Shown here: piece by piece, positions 60,196-64,000 of the stretch
Numbering within the stretch: position 1 is the first letter of the stretch
Layout of the letters: each line of letters begins with the position of its first letter
Assembly: GCF_036365525.1 (NCBI RefSeq)
Contig: NC_090394.1
Location: 58,092,914 to 58,156,913 of the forward strand
Length of the DNA: 64,000 nucleotides
From: Heterodontus francisci
Taxonomy: Eukaryota
Direction: 5' to 3'
Position numbers and translations under genes: made by a program
The notes under the pieces: generated by a model
Told to the model about the DNA's origin: nothing
Database searches by the model: none
The model's input: only the letters and a program-made list of their open reading frames with translations

Positions 60196-61674
60196 TTGGA
60201 GCCTAGTTTTCTGCTCCACACTGTCCTGCTGAAATATAGCTGATAACAGGATCTGACTGACCAAGGGAAATCTAGCACAGGTCCACATCTCATCTCTTGT
60301 GTTCATGCTTCAATGTTTTGCACCACTGTGATGCAGTATGCTTCTATTTTTAATAACCATTTAAAAGGGATTATTCTCAACAATTTTTTTAAAATCAAGA
60401 GTTTCAGTCTAGTATTTTGTGAAATTTAAATGAATAGACTGTCCTCAACTATCTTAGGTGGTCAGAAAGACCAATGCTGTAGGAAATTTAAATGTCCTTT
60501 TTAAATAGATTACATCTAGGCCAAAAGATATCAATTTTTAAAAGTTTCAAAATAATGTGATATTCAGAAAAAGTGGCACCAAGTGGCCAGTGGTTGATGG
60601 CCTTTGACAGTTGTTCACCTCCTAACAGAATGATCCCAACCCTTTGAATAGCAGCCTACTACCCAACATGTCTATTTGGTCTTATTTTTTATAGTTGTCT
60701 TCTTTCACTGCTTTCATCTGGAAAATTGAACTGTATTTTATAGAACTGGATTAAATCTGCAGAAATTAATAAGCAATAGTTAATTTTTTCCAGAATGTGT
60801 GGTTGGATGCCATGCAAACAATTGCTATTCTATGCATGCCATTTGAAATCTCCATCTAATCACTCAGCTGCTTTATTCCAGTTCCAGATTCCATTGCTAT
60901 CTATATCTCAAAGAAACCTACAGTAATCAGATACTGTACTACCATTCCTAAGTATGTGGTGTGTCTCACACAACTAGCCTTCAGTGTCTTGTTTGTACTT
61001 AAGTAATAATGAAAGAAAATATAGTAGTTCCATTTGGTGTGCACCATAATGACCTACACAAATTAAAAGAAGCAGATATATCATGTTTGGGAATAATGCA
61101 TAATTAGGACCAGGTAACTGACAATTATCACATTGAATTAGTTACCTTGCAAGTGGAGATATTTACCATATGTTATGTTTAGCCATAACATTTTTTAATA
61201 TGCAAATTTTTTTAATGAATATTTGATTTTGTTGCTCAAAAGCAGATGAAGTTTATTCATATTATCTGTTTGTCAATGGTGAAAGGAGGATTTTATTTTC
61301 ACTGATATTTTACCAGACATGTCAGTCTGTATCTCACGAATGAAAATACATGACTACTACCCATCAGTGCTATATAATAGATGTGGTTTTTAGTCACTTG
61401 TAGTGCATTTTGGCAGAATATGTGTGATGAAATCTGGACTATAAATCGCATTGCTATATAAAATATTCTTCTGGTTTTGGTTACTATTACATCTTGCTTA
61501 AAGCTAAAACTGAGAGTTGCTGTTCTTTCAAGGACATACAAAGCAGGAATGAAGATCAGACTTATACTCCAGATTTTTTAGTACATGTATATAAATCTTT
61601 TGTGCTAATTGGTTAATCTTTTTTTAATGATTTGATCAGAGAGGCTGTGACTGAATGTGAATTAGCTTTTCTTA

Positions 61675-63925
61675 TCATAGAAAGTTTAAGGCACAGAACA
61701 AGGCCACTTGGCCCATCGTGTCTGTGCCAGCCGAAAAACGATCCACCTATTCTAATCTCACCTTCCAGCATTTGGTCCGTAGCCCTGCAGCTTACGGCAC
61801 TTGAGGTGCATATCCAGATTCCTTTTGAATGAGTTGAAGGTCTCTGCCTCAACTACCCTTTCAGGCAGTGAGTTCCAGACCATCACCACCCTCTGGGTGA
61901 AAAGGTTTTTCCTCATCTCTCCTCTAATTTTTCTACCAATCACTTTAAATCTATGCCCCCTGGTCACTGATCTCTCTGCTAAGGTGAATAGACCCTTCAC
62001 CTCCACTCTATACAGGCTCCTCAAAATTTTGTACATTTCAGTCAGATCTCCCCTCAGCCTTCTCTGTTCCAAGAAGAACAACCCCAGCCTCTCCAATCTT
62101 TCCTCATAGCTGCATTTTTTCAGTCCTGGCAACATCCTCCTAAATCTCCTCTTTATCCTGTCTAGTGCAATTACATCCTTTCTGTAATGAACTGTACACA
62201 GTACTCAAATTGTGGCCTAATCAATAAGTTATACAGTTGCAGCATAACTTCCCTGCTCTTATATTCTATTCCTCGGCTAATAAAGGAAAGGATTCCATAT
62301 GCCTTCTTAACTACCTTATCGACCTGTCCTGCTACCTTCAGGGATCTATGGGCATTCACTCCAAGGTCCCTTACTTCCTCTGTACTTCTCAGTATTTTCC
62401 CATTAATCGTGTATTCCTTTGCCTTGTTTGACCTCCCCAAATGCATCACCTCACACTTCTCCAAGTTGAATTCCATTTGCCACTTTTCTGCCCATCTGAC
62501 CAGACCATCAATATCTTCCTGTAGCCTACAGCTATTCCTCGCTACCTACCACAGGGCCAATCTTTGTGTCGTCCGCAAACTTCTTGATCATGCCCCCTAC
62601 ATTTACGTCCAAATTGTTAAGATACACCACAAAAAGCAGGGGACCCAGTACTGAGCCCTGCAGAATGCCACTGGAAACAGCCCTCCAGTCGCGAAAACAG
62701 CCGTCAACAATTACCATTTGTTTCCTGCTACTGAGCCAATTTTGTATCCACCTTGTTGCATTTCCCTGGATCCCATGGGATTTTATTTTTTTAACCAGTC
62801 TGCAATGTGGACGCTCCTACACATAGGTTACCTTTTTGGCCTTTTGTGGGCCCTACTCTCTCCTTAGTTATCCTCTTACTCTTAATGTATTGATAAAACA
62901 TCATTGGGTTCACCTTGATTTTGCTTGCCAATATTCTTTCATGCCCTCTCTTTGCTTTCCTAATTTCCTTTTAGATTTCACCCCTCCACTTTCTATACTC
63001 CTCTCAGCCTTCTGTTGTATTGAGTTCTCGGTGTCAGACATAAGCTTTCCTTTTCTGCTTTATCTTACCCTGTAGGCTCCTTGACATCCATGGGCCTCCA
63101 GATTTGGCTGCCTCACCCTTTTTCTTTGTGGGAACATGTTTACCCTGAATCCCTTGAATGCTTCCCACTGTTCTGACACTGATTTACCTTCAAGTAGCTG
63201 TTTCCAGTCCACTTTCGCTAAATCATTCCTCAGTTTAGTAAAATTGGCCTTGCCCCAATTGAGAACTCTAACTCCTGTTCAAACTGACTGAATTATGATC
63301 ACTACCACCAAAATGCTCTCCCACTGCCACTCCTTCCACCTGTCCATCTTCATTTCCTAAAACTAAGTCTAAAACTGTGCCCTCTCTTGTTGGACTTGCT
63401 ACATACTGGGCAAAAAGGTTTTCCTGAATGCACCTCAAGAATTCTACTCCCTCAGTTCCTTTCACACTAAAACTATCCCAGTTAATATTGGGGTAATTAA
63501 AATCCCCTACTATTAGTGCCCTATTGTTCTTGCACTTCTCAGAGATTTGCCTACATATCTGCTCTTCTATCTCACTCTGACTGTTTGGGGGTCTATAGTA
63601 CACTCCCAGCATTGTGATTGCCCCTTTTTTGTTCCTTAGCTCAATCCATATGGCCTCATTTGATGAACCTTCCAACATATCATCCCTCCTCACAGCTGTA
63701 AAATAGTTTCCTTGACCAAATTGCCACTCCCCCCTCCTTTCTTATCCCCCTCCCTATTGTGTATGAAAACCCTGTAACCAGAAACGTTGAGCTGCCATTC
63801 CTGTCCCTCCTTAAGTTATGTTTCTGTAATAGCAATGATATAATCCTGCCACTTGTCTATCTGTGCCCTCAGCTCATCTGCTTTATTTGCAATACACTTT
63901 GCATTGAAATAGATACCCTTGAGCA
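61675..63925 (-). mobile_element. CR1 LINE (endonuclease to 3' end) with an internal deletion
   Basis: ORF 63268-63693 has GVYYRPP...IVGDFNYPNINW...LDLVL...SDHN (APE endonuclease); 62532-62717 has QGSVLGPLLF...FADDTKIG; C-terminal ORFs span 61758-62476. Confidence 0.95.
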
Positions 63926-64000
63926 CTGTCAGTCTTTTCAGATTCCATCAGATGTCATCTCAAGTTAAAGGATTGCAGCGTACTTCTTCAGAATAGAACA

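Overview
This is vertebrate genomic DNA, almost certainly from a shark or other cartilaginous fish (inferred from HE1-type V-SINEs, SacSINE1-type Deu-SINEs and HER1-like CR1 LINEs). It is AT-rich and heavily repeat-derived. I recognise no host protein-coding gene, tRNA, rRNA or CRISPR array; every ORF-track protein I can identify is a retroelement fragment. The window holds about 11 CR1 fragments, 2 RTE fragments, L2 tails, a second CR1-group LINE with its partner tRNA-SINE, Penelope-like elements carrying minimal hammerhead ribozyme cores, three solo LTRs with 4-bp TSDs, two hAT MITE families, and several GC-rich MITEs with shared GG(C/G)C-NGAATTTT-like ends and 3-bp TSDs (PIF/Harbinger-like). 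Insertions are deeply nested, up to four levels. The minus-strand bias of LTRs, SINEs and LINEs, plus a few well-formed + strand splice units, suggests an intron of a large + strand gene. One candidate first coding exon (10665-10758) and several RFX X-box motifs are present. I found no convincing new biological system. The best leads are the Penelope fold-back/hammerhead elements, the unassigned MITE and SINE families, and the candidate exon. Coordinates without a TSD are approximate. Family names come from recalled consensus features, not database searches.
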